Shown: positions 10,092 to 20,889, counted from the first letter of the stretch. The stretch is 64,000 nt of DNA from Cyanophyceae cyanobacterium (GCA_050331735.1 JBHJGN010000019.1:64001-128000); one strand, 5' to 3'. Translations and numbers: made by a program. Notes: generated by a model not told the origin, from the sequence alone.

Positions 10092-10457
10092 TTACTTCGT
10101 GTAAACAGAGTTTAAAAGACGATCGAGAACGTTAGCTTGCTTGGCTTGCTCAACAGCAGAGTAAGTAACCAATTCGCCGACCTCGAGAATCACGCTTCCT
10201 TGCGGGTCAGTAACCCGAAGCTTGACAGGATAACCTAAAGCAGCTCTAATTAACTCTTCATGCTGACACCGCACTCCATAAGCTCGATCAGAACAGTTAC
10301 AGTTTACGGCCTTCCATAGCTGGTCCCAGACCTGCCATCGTTTGGCCACCTCTGCTAGAGCGGGTGTGATTTTTTGACGTTTGCCAATGAGCGGCGTACC
10401 GTGCTTGGTATAAATGGCTTGTTTGGCAATTTTGCCAACGATGCTGCTGTGCTGCAC
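10092..10457 (-). CDS. Hypothetical protein resembling the repeated module of cyanobacterial PRC-barrel-associated proteins
   Basis: Two internal copies of a GxxIxxxGxxITxxxxExAKxxxVxDxL pattern; GTG start. Confidence 0.55.
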   Translation of the reverse strand: MQHSSIVGKIAKQAIYTKHGTPLIGKRQKITPALAEVAKRWQVWDQLWKAVNCNCSDRAYGVRCQHEELIRAALGYPVKLRVTDPQGSVILEVGELVTYSAVEQAKQANVLDRLLNSVYTK

Positions 10458-10816
10458 TTGTGGACCTCTTTGAGCGGCAATACTGAATCTCCAGTGCCTG
10501 TTCCCAAGAATTGCTACTAGAGTTCCGAGCTGGCGATAAAAATTTACGCCGAGAAGCTACCTATTTTTCGCTTTTGTGTACCTATCATTAAAAAGTAATT
10601 TTTTGACAATTGAATCGCTCTTGAGTTATAAAAATTGGCGCTCTTTCCGCTCTGTCTTAACAATTTAAGCCTCCTTCTTAAGAGAGAGAAGCGTGTTGCT
10701 GGCTCACAAGAATAGTTTTTCACTAAGTAATTTGTGACCTTATTAAGCAGTGGAAATAACCCTGCCTTGCAGCAGGGCAGCGATTGTCTCCGTCAAATGC
10801 TCTTAAGACGGCCTAG

Positions 10817-11464
10817 CTATCTTAAATCTAAAGGAGAGCGCAGATACAAAGCTAAGTCGGTTTCTGGATCGATAGAAACCAATTCAGCCTCATTTCCCCC
10901 TAAAATCCAGCCAGCTAAAGCACCAATTCCGGCTCCTCCCAACACTTCTTCAACATTAATTTCGTCTCCAATGACGACGGCCAAAACGCTGGCCGCCGCC
11001 GCACCCACGGCAGCCCCCTCTAGAATGTCGCCAGCACTCGCGCCCCCCTCGACAACTTCAGTTCTAGTCACAATCTCAGAAGCCGCATCGAGGGGCTGAG
11101 GGCGGTTGGTATCAATAATAATTTCTTCGGCCACGAACCGAGAGCCATCACCCGCAGGCTCGATTTGACCCACTACCTGGCTGTCGTAGGGAATTAACAC
11201 AGTACCGCTTCGAGTTCTGACGTTAGCAGCTACCCTGAGGGTGAGGGGAACCGTTTCTTCCTTCGTCACTAAAATTTTTTCGGCCTCGTCATACCGAACG
11301 GGAATTTTGGTTCCTGCCGGAATGACGACTCGCTCTGGCGTGGTGACAGGAGTTCTGCGTTGTTCAGGAAATAGCTGAGCTAAAGCGCCCGTTGAAAGCA
11401 GGGGAGCCGCAGCAGTGGCCGCTATGGTGGTGAGAAGAAACGTTTTTGCAAGATGAGTAAACAT
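10817..11464 (-). CDS. Secreted protein with glycine-zipper motif (S-layer-associated-like domain)
   Basis: Signal peptide, VIPAGTKIPVRY, GAAVGAAAASVLA..EVLGGAGIGALAG. Confidence 0.7.
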   Translation of the reverse strand: MFTHLAKTFLLTTIAATAAAPLLSTGALAQLFPEQRRTPVTTPERVVIPAGTKIPVRYDEAEKILVTKEETVPLTLRVAANVRTRSGTVLIPYDSQVVGQIEPAGDGSRFVAEEIIIDTNRPQPLDAASEIVTRTEVVEGGASAGDILEGAAVGAAAASVLAVVIGDEINVEEVLGGAGIGALAGWILGGNEAELVSIDPETDLALYLRSPLDLR

Positions 11465-11675
11465 TGATATAATCCTTAGCGAAAGAAAATACAGTCAGCA
11501 AGAGTTACATAAGCTGTAGCGATGTCAAGAGCGGTGCCATTCAAAAGCAGGTAGAATCGGGGCGACCGCTGCTTTTCTTTGTTTCTGTTTGACGGAGAGA
11601 AATTTAGCTTTGTTCCACAACAAACGGAATCGAAACTCATGTAGCACAATAAAGAGTGACGAGCGCAGGTCACGG

Positions 11676-13826
11676 ATGATGGGGAAACCACTCAGAAAAA
11701 CGATAGTGATTAGCTCAGGTCTGGCTCTAGTGGCGTTGATTGGAGTCATAGCCACTCCGCCAGTGCGGGAGTGGCTACAGCCAAGACCAATATCATCAAC
11801 GCGAGACCGCGCCTCGGCTGTCTTGCCTCTAGTTGGGTTGCCGGCTGAGGAGAGACGTGCGCAGCTAGAGAAAATCGCGGCGAGCGAGCGAGCGACCCTG
11901 GACCGCAGCCGCGCTCGCTACCTGTTGGCGATGGATTTCCTCAGAGACTATCAGGGCGGACCAGCGGTTGAGCAGCTTGAAAGACTCGAACAAGACTATC
12001 CAGTTTTAGCTCCCTACGTGCTCCTCAAGCGAGGACGCGGCTACGAGCTAGCCAACAACCGAGAACAAGCTCAGGAAATTTGGCAACAGGTCATCGATAC
12101 CTATCCAGATTCTCCCTATGCGGCGGAGGCTCTCTATCTACTGGGTCGTTCCAGCCCTGCTCCAGATTACTGGGATCGGGCGATCGCCGCCTTTCCCGCT
12201 CATCCTCGCACTCATCAGATCGTCCGGGAACGGCTGCAAGACGACCCCAATCAGCTCCCGCTGCTGCTGCTGCTGGCTCGCTATGACGCAGATGCTTGGG
12301 ATGTGCGCACCGTTCGAGACCGCTTAGCGGCAGAATACGCCTCTCAGTTGACCCCAGAAGACTGGCAGAGTATTGCCGATGGCTACTGGCAGCAGTGGGC
12401 TTACGATAAAGCAGCTCAAGCCTATGAGCAAGCCCCGGCTACGCCCCGTAATCTCTATCGACTGGCCAGGAGCCTGCACGTTGACGAGCAAGAGGACAAG
12501 GCGCGAGTAGCCTACCGGCGTCTAATCGACGAGTTTCCCCAGTCGCCTGAAACCGGATTGGGACTGCGGCGGTTGGCCAGCTTAGGATCGGGCAAAGAGG
12601 CTTTAACCTACCTAGACCGAGCGATTGCCTACCCGGATGAAGCCCCAGCAGCGCTGCTTGCTCAAGCGGAAATCCTCGACAATCTCGGCAGCCGCACCGC
12701 CGCTGCCGAAGCGCGGCAGACTCTTCTCGATAACTACCCCGATTCAGAGGCAGCGGCTCAGTATCGCTGGCAGGTGGCTCAACGCTACGCTGAACAGGGA
12801 AACTTAGCCAATGCCTGGCAGTGGGCGCAGGCGATCGCCACCAACAATCCCGACAGCAGCATTGCCCCGAAAGCCGCATTCTGGGTTGGCAAATGGGCGC
12901 AGCGTCTCGATCAGCAGCAAGAAGCTCATCAGGCGTTTGAACACGTCCTCGCTCGTCATCCGGAATCTTACTACGCATGGCGGTCTGCGGTTCTTCTCGG
13001 TTGGGAGGTGGGCGACTTCGATACGGTGAGGCAGATGGCTCCTGCTGTCTCATCACCCCTAGCGCGGACGGTTCCCCCGGCAGGGTCTGAGACGTTTCAG
13101 GAACTATATCGCCTCGGGGAGGATGGAGATGCTCGCCTGCTGTTTGAGGCTGAAATTGGCGATCGCGAGGTCACGGTGCCGGAACAGTTTACAGAAGCGC
13201 TGCTGCTCTCCTCTCAGGGAAACTATCTTCAGGCCATTAACCAGGTATGGAGCCTGCAAGAACGAGACTCTTCGGCAGAACAGCAGCAGTGGCAGGAGCT
13301 GCGGCAAACTCCGGCCTACTGGCAAACGCTTTTCCCCTTTCCTTTTAACGACACTATTCTGGCCTGGTCCCAAGAGCGTCAGCTTAACCCTTTGTTAGTA
13401 ACATCCCTCATTCGCCAGGAATCGCGCTTTGAAACGGCTATTCAGTCTCCGGTGGGGGCAACGGGCTTGATGCAGGTGATGCCCGCTACCGGCCAGTGGG
13501 TAGCCACTAACCTCGACCTCGAAGACTATTCTCTGAGCGACCCCGAAGACAATATCAACCTCGGAACCTGGTATTTAGACCATACTCATCAAACCTACAA
13601 CAATAACTCGTTGTTTGCCGTCGCGAGCTACAATGCTGGTCCTGGGAATGTTTCTCAGTGGATCGAGCGGTACAGCTTCTCTGACCCTGATGTTTTTGTC
13701 GAAAATATTCCGTTTCCTGAAACCAAAGGCTATATCGAGTCCGTCTTTGGCAACTACTGGAACTACTTACGCATCTACAACCCGGATGTGGCGGAGCAGC
13801 TATCCCGCTATTCCACTGAGGAATAA
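11676..13826 (+). CDS. slt: Soluble lytic murein transglycosylase (TPR repeats + SLT domain)
   Basis: N-terminal TM anchor, TPR-like repeats, LIRQESRF, SPVGATGLMQVMP, ASYNAGPG, ETKGY; ATG 11676 preferred over TTG 11589. Confidence 0.92.
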   Translation: MMGKPLRKTIVISSGLALVALIGVIATPPVREWLQPRPISSTRDRASAVLPLVGLPAEERRAQLEKIAASERATLDRSRARYLLAMDFLRDYQGGPAVEQLERLEQDYPVLAPYVLLKRGRGYELANNREQAQEIWQQVIDTYPDSPYAAEALYLLGRSSPAPDYWDRAIAAFPAHPRTHQIVRERLQDDPNQLPLLLLLARYDADAWDVRTVRDRLAAEYASQLTPEDWQSIADGYWQQWAYDKAAQAYEQAPATPRNLYRLARSLHVDEQEDKARVAYRRLIDEFPQSPETGLGLRRLASLGSGKEALTYLDRAIAYPDEAPAALLAQAEILDNLGSRTAAAEARQTLLDNYPDSEAAAQYRWQVAQRYAEQGNLANAWQWAQAIATNNPDSSIAPKAAFWVGKWAQRLDQQQEAHQAFEHVLARHPESYYAWRSAVLLGWEVGDFDTVRQMAPAVSSPLARTVPPAGSETFQELYRLGEDGDARLLFEAEIGDREVTVPEQFTEALLLSSQGNYLQAINQVWSLQERDSSAEQQQWQELRQTPAYWQTLFPFPFNDTILAWSQERQLNPLLVTSLIRQESRFETAIQSPVGATGLMQVMPATGQWVATNLDLEDYSLSDPEDNINLGTWYLDHTHQTYNNNSLFAVASYNAGPGNVSQWIERYSFSDPDVFVENIPFPETKGYIESVFGNYWNYLRIYNPDVAEQLSRYSTEE

Positions 13827-14005
13827 TCGCTGCGCGATGGGGAAGGGGGAAAGGGAAAATTTGTCCCTCCGGGACGGGAAAAGGGTAAATAGTGACCAGT
13901 GACCAGACTATTAAGTCCCTTTCCCTCTTCCCGAAGTCAACGCAGCTCCCGTCGGCTTCCGGCGGAAGAACTTAACCTTGGCTCGTTTCCCCGCGCCAGG
14001 GGCAC
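13826..14005. repeat. Composite intergenic repeat: 13-nt hairpins, GGGGAAA tracts and GTGACCA heptamers
   Basis: ATCGC-tgc-GCGAT 13826-13838; GTCCC-tcc-GGGAC 13863-13875; gtgaccagtgacca; C-rich counterpart to 14005. Confidence 0.8.
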
Positions 14006-14017
14006 TTTCTTTGCTGC

Positions 14018-17017
14018 TTAGGGTAGTTGAGTCGAGGCTAGCTGACTGTAGGATTGGGTAACGGCGACCGAGCTCTCAGAAAGCTGTTTGGCCACGTCTG
14101 CGACTTCTAGAAGCGAGCGGTTGGCAACGCTTGCCGTCTGTTCTCCTAGCGTAGCCGATTGAGTAACTTGCTCGAGGAGTAAACTGAGGTGGTCGCTGAT
14201 GGCAACTAGCTGCGTCAGCTTGTGCTTTGTTTCTTCAACCGAGCGCGTTCCGGCAACTGCCTGCTGAGTGCCCGCCCTCATCGCTGCCACCACTGCCTGG
14301 TTTTCTGAGCGAATTTCGGTAATGCGCGGATCAATCTGGGCGATATTCGTGTTTAGCTGTCGCGTCAAGGCGATAATTTTCTGAGCAATGGCGGAAAATT
14401 CCTCGCCATTCTCGCCGAGTCGGGCAGCCTCGAGAGAGGCATTCGTAGCGTGGAGCTTCAGTTGAGACGTAATACTGCTCACCAGGGGCACCATCTGAGC
14501 TAGTTTCTGCAATAACGGGTCAAGGTCTTCTGCGCGGTCGGCAGCCTCATCTGCTGTTCTATGGATTCCTCCGAGGTCTTCGAGCGCTAAACTCAAGGTT
14601 TCTTGTCCGGGCCGGAGGAGCTGAGCGAGCTGTTCGTTTTGACTGTCTGCCTGACGCGTTAGGGCGATCGCCTCTCGCACCGCATCCATGACCTCTCGCA
14701 TCTGGCTATAAACGGTTGTTACCAACTCCATCTGACCCGCTGCCTCGTCTGCTATTCCCGTCATCGCGGCTTCGCTCCTGTGCAGCAGTTGGGTAACCTG
14801 CCGCGCGAGGGTTTCTTTCTGCTGGCGCTGTTGGTGGGAATCGGCCTGGGCCAAATCGCAGGCTTGCTGAACCTGAGCTAGCAGCCGAGCGTGATCGAGC
14901 GCAAATCCCACCTGGGTTGCCACTTGCGCAAACAGATCGATGTCCGTCTGCTGCCAAGAGCGAGGACCAGAACACTGATGAGCAATCAGTAACCCAAACA
15001 GGCGAGCATCTTTTAAAATCGGAGCCACGAGATTGGCTTTGACCGCTAGAGGCTCTAGCTGCCCCAGATAGCATTCTGTCAGATTGGCTTCATAAATATT
15101 GCTAATAGCGTGGACTCGGCCAGCACGATACTTCTCAACATAGCCTTCCTCAAAGCAGGGATCTTTGAGGTGGCGCTGGAGTGCTTTTGGCCAGCCAGGA
15201 AGCACTGCTTCGGCGACTACCGTTCCATACCAGTCTTCATCGAACTCATACACAATGACGCGGTCAGTTCTCAACGCTTTGCGAACTTCTCCTACCGTCG
15301 TTTTGAGAATATCCGCTTCTACTAACGATGCTCGGATGTGCCGAATAATTGAGGAGAACATCTGAGAGCGCGCTCCCTGAGTATCAACTCGCTGAAGTAG
15401 CCTCGCCTGATCCAGGGCAAAACCGACTTGGGAGGCAATTTGGGCAAAGAAATCGATCTCCGACTGCTGCCAATTTCTTGGCCAGGAGCATTGGTGCGCA
15501 ATCAGTAAGCCAAAGAGCTGATTTCCTTTGAGGATCGGTGCAACAAGGTTCGCTTTGACGGCAAAGGGTTCTAGCTGACGCAGATAGCACTCGGTTAAGT
15601 TAGCTTCATAGATGTTGTTGAGGGCATGAACTCGCCCGTTTTGATATTCATCGATGTAGCCTTCGGCAAAGCAGGGGTCTTTGATACTTGCCTGGAGTGC
15701 TTTTGGCCAGCCAGGAAGCACCGATTCGGCAACCACCGTTCCGTACCAGTTTTCGTCAAATTCATACACGATCGCGCGGTCAGCTCTCAGCGCTTTACGG
15801 ACTTCAATGACGGTCGTTTTAAGGATCTCGTCTTCGTAGAGAGATTCACGAATGCTGCGGGCAATTTGAATGAAAAGTTGAGCGCGATTGGCTTCGGCAT
15901 CTACTCGTCCTAACACTTGGGCGTAGGTCAAAGCGAAACCAGCCTGGGAAGCGACTTGAGCTAATAGATCAATGTCCAACTGTTGCCAAAAGCGAGGCTC
16001 GCTACAGTGATGAGCCATCAGCAACCCAAATAGCTGATTGTTTTTAAAGATGGGGGCAGAGAGACTAGCTTGGACAGCCAGTTGGTGGAGCGCTTCATGT
16101 TCCTCCTCGCTAATGCTCAGTTGAGCAACGTTGTCTACGACGAGAATTTTTCCCTGACGGTACTGCTCAATTTCTGCTGTGGAATAAGGGATTTGAATCG
16201 TTCTCGTTCCAATTTTCGGCAACCCAGGAACGGCTGATTCGGCAATGAACGTGCCAGTGTTGGTGTCTAAGCGAAGGATGACCACTCGCTCGGTATGGAG
16301 AGCTTTACGAACCTCATCAACAATCGTTTTTAAGACGTTCTCCTCCGAGAGAGACTCCCAGATACGGCGAGTCAGTTCTAAAACAAGCTGCGATCGCTCT
16401 GCTGCTTGATTCTGTTGCTTGAGGAGTTCTGTCAACTGTGCTTCTACTAGATGAGTATTGGTGGTCAATGTCGCCAGCTCATCTGCGGATCTGGTCGAAC
16501 TTTGACTTTGACGCAGCCGCTTAACGGTTTTAGCGGAGGCCTCAGCGGCGTCGAGGACGGGGCGAAGAGTTCGATAAACCAACAACAGAGCAACGACTCC
16601 CGCTAGAGTCGCGGTGGCTCCGGTTCCGAGCAATAGCAGAAATAGCTGCTGCTGGAGAGCAAATTCTGTTTCTTGCCAATCTAACGCGGTGGGCTCTGCT
16701 TGCTCAATCTGCTGTTCAATAGATTGGGAACTGACGTAGAAAACACTACCAACCACCAGCACTGGCAGCGTACTGACGGCTAGCGCCCAGGCGGTCGCCT
16801 TCTTTCTTAAACTCCACTGGCGCCGAGGAGAGTTGGACGCTGGTACGGCCCACGGAGAACGCTGCATTGTCGAGGTGGCGGCTGAGCGCTCGCTGGCGCT
16901 CGTCTGCTCGTGTCTATTTTGTGGCTCAGATTCAGCAGACTCGCCTGTAAAATGAGCCGCAGCAGCGACAGATTTAAGATTTTTCAGGGCTGGCTGAGAA
17001 TTGTGGTGATTGTCCAT
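14018..17017 (-). CDS. PixJ/TaxD-like cyanobacteriochrome methyl-accepting chemotaxis protein (2 TM, 3 GAF, MCP signalling domain)
   Basis: GAF2 and GAF3 carry DPCF (DXCF) plus LTECY (chromophore Cys); GAF1 lacks both; C-terminal QLKLHATNASLEAARLGENGEEFSAIA MCP hairpin. Confidence 0.88.
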   Translation of the reverse strand: MDNHHNSQPALKNLKSVAAAAHFTGESAESEPQNRHEQTSASERSAATSTMQRSPWAVPASNSPRRQWSLRKKATAWALAVSTLPVLVVGSVFYVSSQSIEQQIEQAEPTALDWQETEFALQQQLFLLLLGTGATATLAGVVALLLVYRTLRPVLDAAEASAKTVKRLRQSQSSTRSADELATLTTNTHLVEAQLTELLKQQNQAAERSQLVLELTRRIWESLSEENVLKTIVDEVRKALHTERVVILRLDTNTGTFIAESAVPGLPKIGTRTIQIPYSTAEIEQYRQGKILVVDNVAQLSISEEEHEALHQLAVQASLSAPIFKNNQLFGLLMAHHCSEPRFWQQLDIDLLAQVASQAGFALTYAQVLGRVDAEANRAQLFIQIARSIRESLYEDEILKTTVIEVRKALRADRAIVYEFDENWYGTVVAESVLPGWPKALQASIKDPCFAEGYIDEYQNGRVHALNNIYEANLTECYLRQLEPFAVKANLVAPILKGNQLFGLLIAHQCSWPRNWQQSEIDFFAQIASQVGFALDQARLLQRVDTQGARSQMFSSIIRHIRASLVEADILKTTVGEVRKALRTDRVIVYEFDEDWYGTVVAEAVLPGWPKALQRHLKDPCFEEGYVEKYRAGRVHAISNIYEANLTECYLGQLEPLAVKANLVAPILKDARLFGLLIAHQCSGPRSWQQTDIDLFAQVATQVGFALDHARLLAQVQQACDLAQADSHQQRQQKETLARQVTQLLHRSEAAMTGIADEAAGQMELVTTVYSQMREVMDAVREAIALTRQADSQNEQLAQLLRPGQETLSLALEDLGGIHRTADEAADRAEDLDPLLQKLAQMVPLVSSITSQLKLHATNASLEAARLGENGEEFSAIAQKIIALTRQLNTNIAQIDPRITEIRSENQAVVAAMRAGTQQAVAGTRSVEETKHKLTQLVAISDHLSLLLEQVTQSATLGEQTASVANRSLLEVADVAKQLSESSVAVTQSYSQLASTQLP

Positions 17018-17575
17018 TGAACGTTCGTGGTTGGAAAGTCGGTGCTGAGGGTGCTGGGTATAGCTTCAGTCAACAGAAAAGCAAGAGGGCAGTGCGGATG
17101 GAGTTGAGTCGTCAAAGAGCCTTATCATCAATACTAATCGATGCTAGAGTCAGTCAGATGTTCGCTCGAGCGGCAATGTGCAGATTTTTTAGAGAGCTTT
17201 TTCAGCGGTAATTGTTTTCTGGGGCAATCATCTGCTCGATCTGGGGGTCAGCGGCTGCTAGTCGAGCGTAAGCTCCCCTGGAGTTTCCAAACCAGTAAGT
17301 TTACGCTGATAATCTTCAATAGAGAGCGATCCGGCTTGAGAAAACCGTGACTGTTGCTCCCACAATTCCCAAAAATAAGTCATTGTTGCTGGCTGAGATT
17401 CTGGTGAAGCCGTTTAACTGGGGAGAATTCTGGTAGAGTCAGCGAGTGAGTCAAACACCAACTTCTGATAGAATTGTAGTGAAATCGAATTTTAGCTCAG
17501 TAGCAAAGCTCAGTCGTTTTTGCCGTCGGTTCCTCAAAGCGCTTTCAAATTAGGCAGACGTAGCCGGGAAGTATA

Positions 17576-18010
17576 GTGATTGACCCCCCAACAATTTTGC
17601 TAGTAGAAGATGATTCTAACGATGTTTTGTTGATAGAGCGGGCTTTCCGGAAGGCAAACGTCAATACTCAAATTGAGATTGTGGCCGATGGCGATGAGGC
17701 GATCGCCTATCTAACGCAGCAGTCACTCGCTCGAAGCGACGCTCTGCCAGCACTCGTTCTCCTCGATCTCAAACTGCCCCGTCGTAGCGGGTTAGAAGTT
17801 CTAGAATGGGTTAGACAACAGCCCCTTTTGAAGCGACTGCTGGTAGTGGTATTAACCTCTTCTCGAGAAAGTCCAGATATTGCTCGGGCCTACGATTTGG
17901 GAGTCAACTCGTATTTGGTTAAGCCGGTTGTTTTTGACGATTTAGTAATTCTAGCCACCTATATTCATCAGTACTGGCTTGACTGCAACGAACAACCAAC
18001 CTTTTTTTGA
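17576..18010 (+). CDS. Single-domain response regulator, Rcp1/CheY-like
   Basis: ILLVEDD, LVLLDLKLP (phospho-Asp), VVLTSS, AYDLGVNSYLVKP, YW near the C-terminus as in Rcp1-type receivers. Confidence 0.9.
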   Translation: MIDPPTILLVEDDSNDVLLIERAFRKANVNTQIEIVADGDEAIAYLTQQSLARSDALPALVLLDLKLPRRSGLEVLEWVRQQPLLKRLLVVVLTSSRESPDIARAYDLGVNSYLVKPVVFDDLVILATYIHQYWLDCNEQPTFF

Positions 18011-18136
18011 AGGGGCAGCAGTGACTGTGCTGTAGGGACGGTGTTGGTTCCCTCAGTAATGGCTGGTATAATCTGGCTAGAAGCATTGTTGGTGCGACCG
18101 GACCATCAACCCCTGTGAATAAAGTCTGTTGGCCTG

Positions 18137-20095
18137 ATGACTGAACTGAAGCTGCTGCTCATTGACGACAACGCAGACGACCGGGCTCTAGCGTTGCGGG
18201 AGCTAAAGCAGGAATTTTCTGAGCTTCAGGCCACCGAGGTCTATAGCCCAGAGAACCTGAATCACGCTCTTCAGCGCGGGGATTTCCAGCTTGCGATTAC
18301 CGATTATCAATTACGCTGGACAACGGGGCTGGAGGTGTTGGAAGTGCTGAAAAAGCGCTACCCTCACTGTCCCGTGATTATGTTTACCGGGACGGGCAGT
18401 GAAGAAATTGCCGTCAAAGCGATGAAAGCAGGGCTAGATGATTACGTCATCAAATCTCCTCAGCATTTTATTCGTCTAGCCTCAGCCGTACGCTTAGTCT
18501 GGGAGCGGGAGCAGCAGCGCCAAGCTCTGCAAGAAGCAGAAAACCGCTACCAGCGGCTGTTTGAAGGCGTTCCGATTGGGCTTTATCGTCTCACCCCTGA
18601 CGGACAGATCCTGGAAGCCAACAGCATGCTCGTTCACCTGTTAGGCTACGCCAACCGACAGGAGTTGAGCGCCGGAAAAGCAATTGAGCGACACTTAGAG
18701 CCGCGGTATCGTCAGCATTGGCGATCGCAGATGAAAGCGCAAGGAGCCGTACAGGGATTGGAAACCCCCCTGAAGCGCTGTGATGGTTCGCAGATTTGGG
18801 TGATCCATAGCGCGAGAGCCATTAAAGATGAACAGGAGCGTCTGCTGTATTACGAGGGAGCAGTCCAAGATATTACAGAACGGAAGCAATCGGAGCAAGA
18901 GCGAGCTCAACTGCTCAGCAGCGAACAAGAAGCGCGGGTGGAGGCGGAGGCGGCGAACCGTTTAAAAGATGAATTTTTGGCAACGCTGTCCCACGAACTG
19001 CGCACTCCCCTCAACAGCATTTTTGGCTGGATTCAGCTACTGCGCCGCCAGAAATTGGGAGCTAAACAAACTGCCCAAGCGCTAGAGATCATCGAGCGCA
19101 ACGCTAAGGCGCAAATTCAGTTGATTGACGATTTGCTAGATGTTTCGCGGATCATTCGAGGCCGGATGGAGCTCAATCTCGTTCCCGTTGACCTGACCGC
19201 GATCGTCAAATCGGCCCTGGATACAGTTCGTCCGGCGGCCCAAGCTAAAAACATTCAGCTACGGACGGGATACCCAGAGCGAGCGTGTTTTGTAGCTGGA
19301 GATCTCGACCGCCTTCAGCAAGTTTTCTGGAACCTGCTCGTCAACGCGATCAAGTTTACGTCTGAAGGCGGTTCAGTGACAGTTTTAGTAAAGGCGCAGC
19401 CGAATAGCGCTCTGATTCAGGTATGCGATACGGGGAAAGGCATCGACACTCAGCTACTGCCCCACATCTTTGAGCGGTTTCGTCAGCAAGATAGTACGTC
19501 TACCCGGACCCAGGGAGGACTGGGGTTGGGACTGGCAATCGTTCGTCATTTAGTTGAGCTTCATGGAGGAAAGGTCTGGGCAGATAGCCCAGGAATTCGA
19601 CAGGGAGCAACCTTCTCCGTACAGCTCCCGCTTAATCGTCAGTCTCATCCGCCAATCGCTCCCCAAACCAGAGGAATGCCCGCTCTTAACAACTGCCGGG
19701 TTCTGATCGTCGAAGACGACGAGGACGCCCGGACTTTAATTGCTCTAGTCCTTCGAGAATGCGGGGCCGACGTCACCGCCGTTGGTTCAGTGACCGAGGC
19801 GCTAGCAGCTGTTGAGTGCCGCTCGCCCCACGTCATCGTCAGCGATATTGCCATGCCGTCAGCAGACGGCTATGACCTCATGCGCCGGATTCGCAAGCGT
19901 CAGCGAGCGAATTCCTCCACTATTCCCGCAATCGCCGTCACGGCTTACGGTCGGGTAGAAGATCAGCAAAAAACTCAAGAGGCCGGATTTCAGATTCACT
20001 TAACGAAGCCAGTAGACGCGCTTCAACTGGCAGAAGCCGTCGCCAGTTTAACCCCTCAGCACAACGGACCAGCGAGCGCAGATCAGCCTTTTTAA
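18137..20095 (+). CDS. Hybrid sensor kinase REC-PAS-HisKA-HATPase-REC
   Basis: LLIDDN receiver, PAS (FEGVPIG...VQDITERK), LSHELRTPLN, GGLGLGL, C-terminal receiver VSDIAMP. Confidence 0.93.
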   Translation: MTELKLLLIDDNADDRALALRELKQEFSELQATEVYSPENLNHALQRGDFQLAITDYQLRWTTGLEVLEVLKKRYPHCPVIMFTGTGSEEIAVKAMKAGLDDYVIKSPQHFIRLASAVRLVWEREQQRQALQEAENRYQRLFEGVPIGLYRLTPDGQILEANSMLVHLLGYANRQELSAGKAIERHLEPRYRQHWRSQMKAQGAVQGLETPLKRCDGSQIWVIHSARAIKDEQERLLYYEGAVQDITERKQSEQERAQLLSSEQEARVEAEAANRLKDEFLATLSHELRTPLNSIFGWIQLLRRQKLGAKQTAQALEIIERNAKAQIQLIDDLLDVSRIIRGRMELNLVPVDLTAIVKSALDTVRPAAQAKNIQLRTGYPERACFVAGDLDRLQQVFWNLLVNAIKFTSEGGSVTVLVKAQPNSALIQVCDTGKGIDTQLLPHIFERFRQQDSTSTRTQGGLGLGLAIVRHLVELHGGKVWADSPGIRQGATFSVQLPLNRQSHPPIAPQTRGMPALNNCRVLIVEDDEDARTLIALVLRECGADVTAVGSVTEALAAVECRSPHVIVSDIAMPSADGYDLMRRIRKRQRANSSTIPAIAVTAYGRVEDQQKTQEAGFQIHLTKPVDALQLAEAVASLTPQHNGPASADQPF

Positions 20096-20479
20096 GAGGA
20101 GTCAATAAACCTCGGGCTGCCGCTATTTTTTGTTCTTAGCTGGCTGGTTATTTGGAATGACTTGATATTAACAAAACTTAGTAAATTGCTGATAGGTAGC
20201 AAGAGATTTGTAAAAGCTGCTGCTGAGAGAAAAATCACGATAATTAATAACTGAGTGAGGCGAGATGACTGGAAAAATTTAAGATAGAGTCGATAGCCGA
20301 CTGTTGTTTTGGCTCGATTTTTCTGGATTTGTTAAGCGTTAGCTAATCAAGCTGTATCAAGCTCTATCTCGTGAGAGATTAGACAGAGGTTTGCTAGAAA
20401 GATTATATATTTAGATAGATTGTGCGTTACCAAATGTTTGGTAATACTAGTATGTTAGTTTCCAAATGGAGAACGTTAT

Positions 20480-20833
20480 ATGATTGCTGCTTTTAAATTT
20501 AGTCTTCGCTGGGTCAGGTTATTGGTCGTTGTTTGTTTTTGCGCTTTATTGTTGACGATCAACGTGCGTCCGGCTGCCGCTATTGATAGCTATAAGAGTA
20601 ATCCTGCTGAAGGCGAAACCCAGCTAAATGAAACGATCCGTAAAACTGAAGAGGTATCGAGATCTAAACCGCGCTCTATGCAAGAACAGCAAGGATACCA
20701 AGAAGGTAAGGCAGGCTTGAATGCGGTTCAAGGAACGGCTGATGCTGAGAAAATGAGCCGTCCCGAAAATTCCTCAGAAGCGACTTCTGTAGAAACCAAA
20801 ATTAAAGAGGGACTGAGAGACTTTTTGGAATAA
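20480..20833 (+). CDS. Secreted hydrophilic stress-type protein
   Basis: GGAG RBS; signal peptide ending PAAA; E/K/Q/S-rich body with GLNAVQGTADAEKMSRPENS. Confidence 0.75.
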   Translation: MIAAFKFSLRWVRLLVVVCFCALLLTINVRPAAAIDSYKSNPAEGETQLNETIRKTEEVSRSKPRSMQEQQGYQEGKAGLNAVQGTADAEKMSRPENSSEATSVETKIKEGLRDFLE

Positions 20834-20889
20834 ACCCTCAAAAAATCCGATCGAAGCGTGCAATAGAGCTACAAAAATTGAGCTATGGT

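Noticed and set aside
12439..13056. Long antisense or alternate-frame ORFs (also 24684..25250, 51631..52161, 53266..53760, 63237..63701)
   Set aside because: Shadows of well-supported genes on the opposite strand with no protein-family features.
14900..15900. Long internal DNA repeat as a mobile duplication
   Set aside because: Explained by the two tandem paralogous GAF domains of the cyanobacteriochrome.
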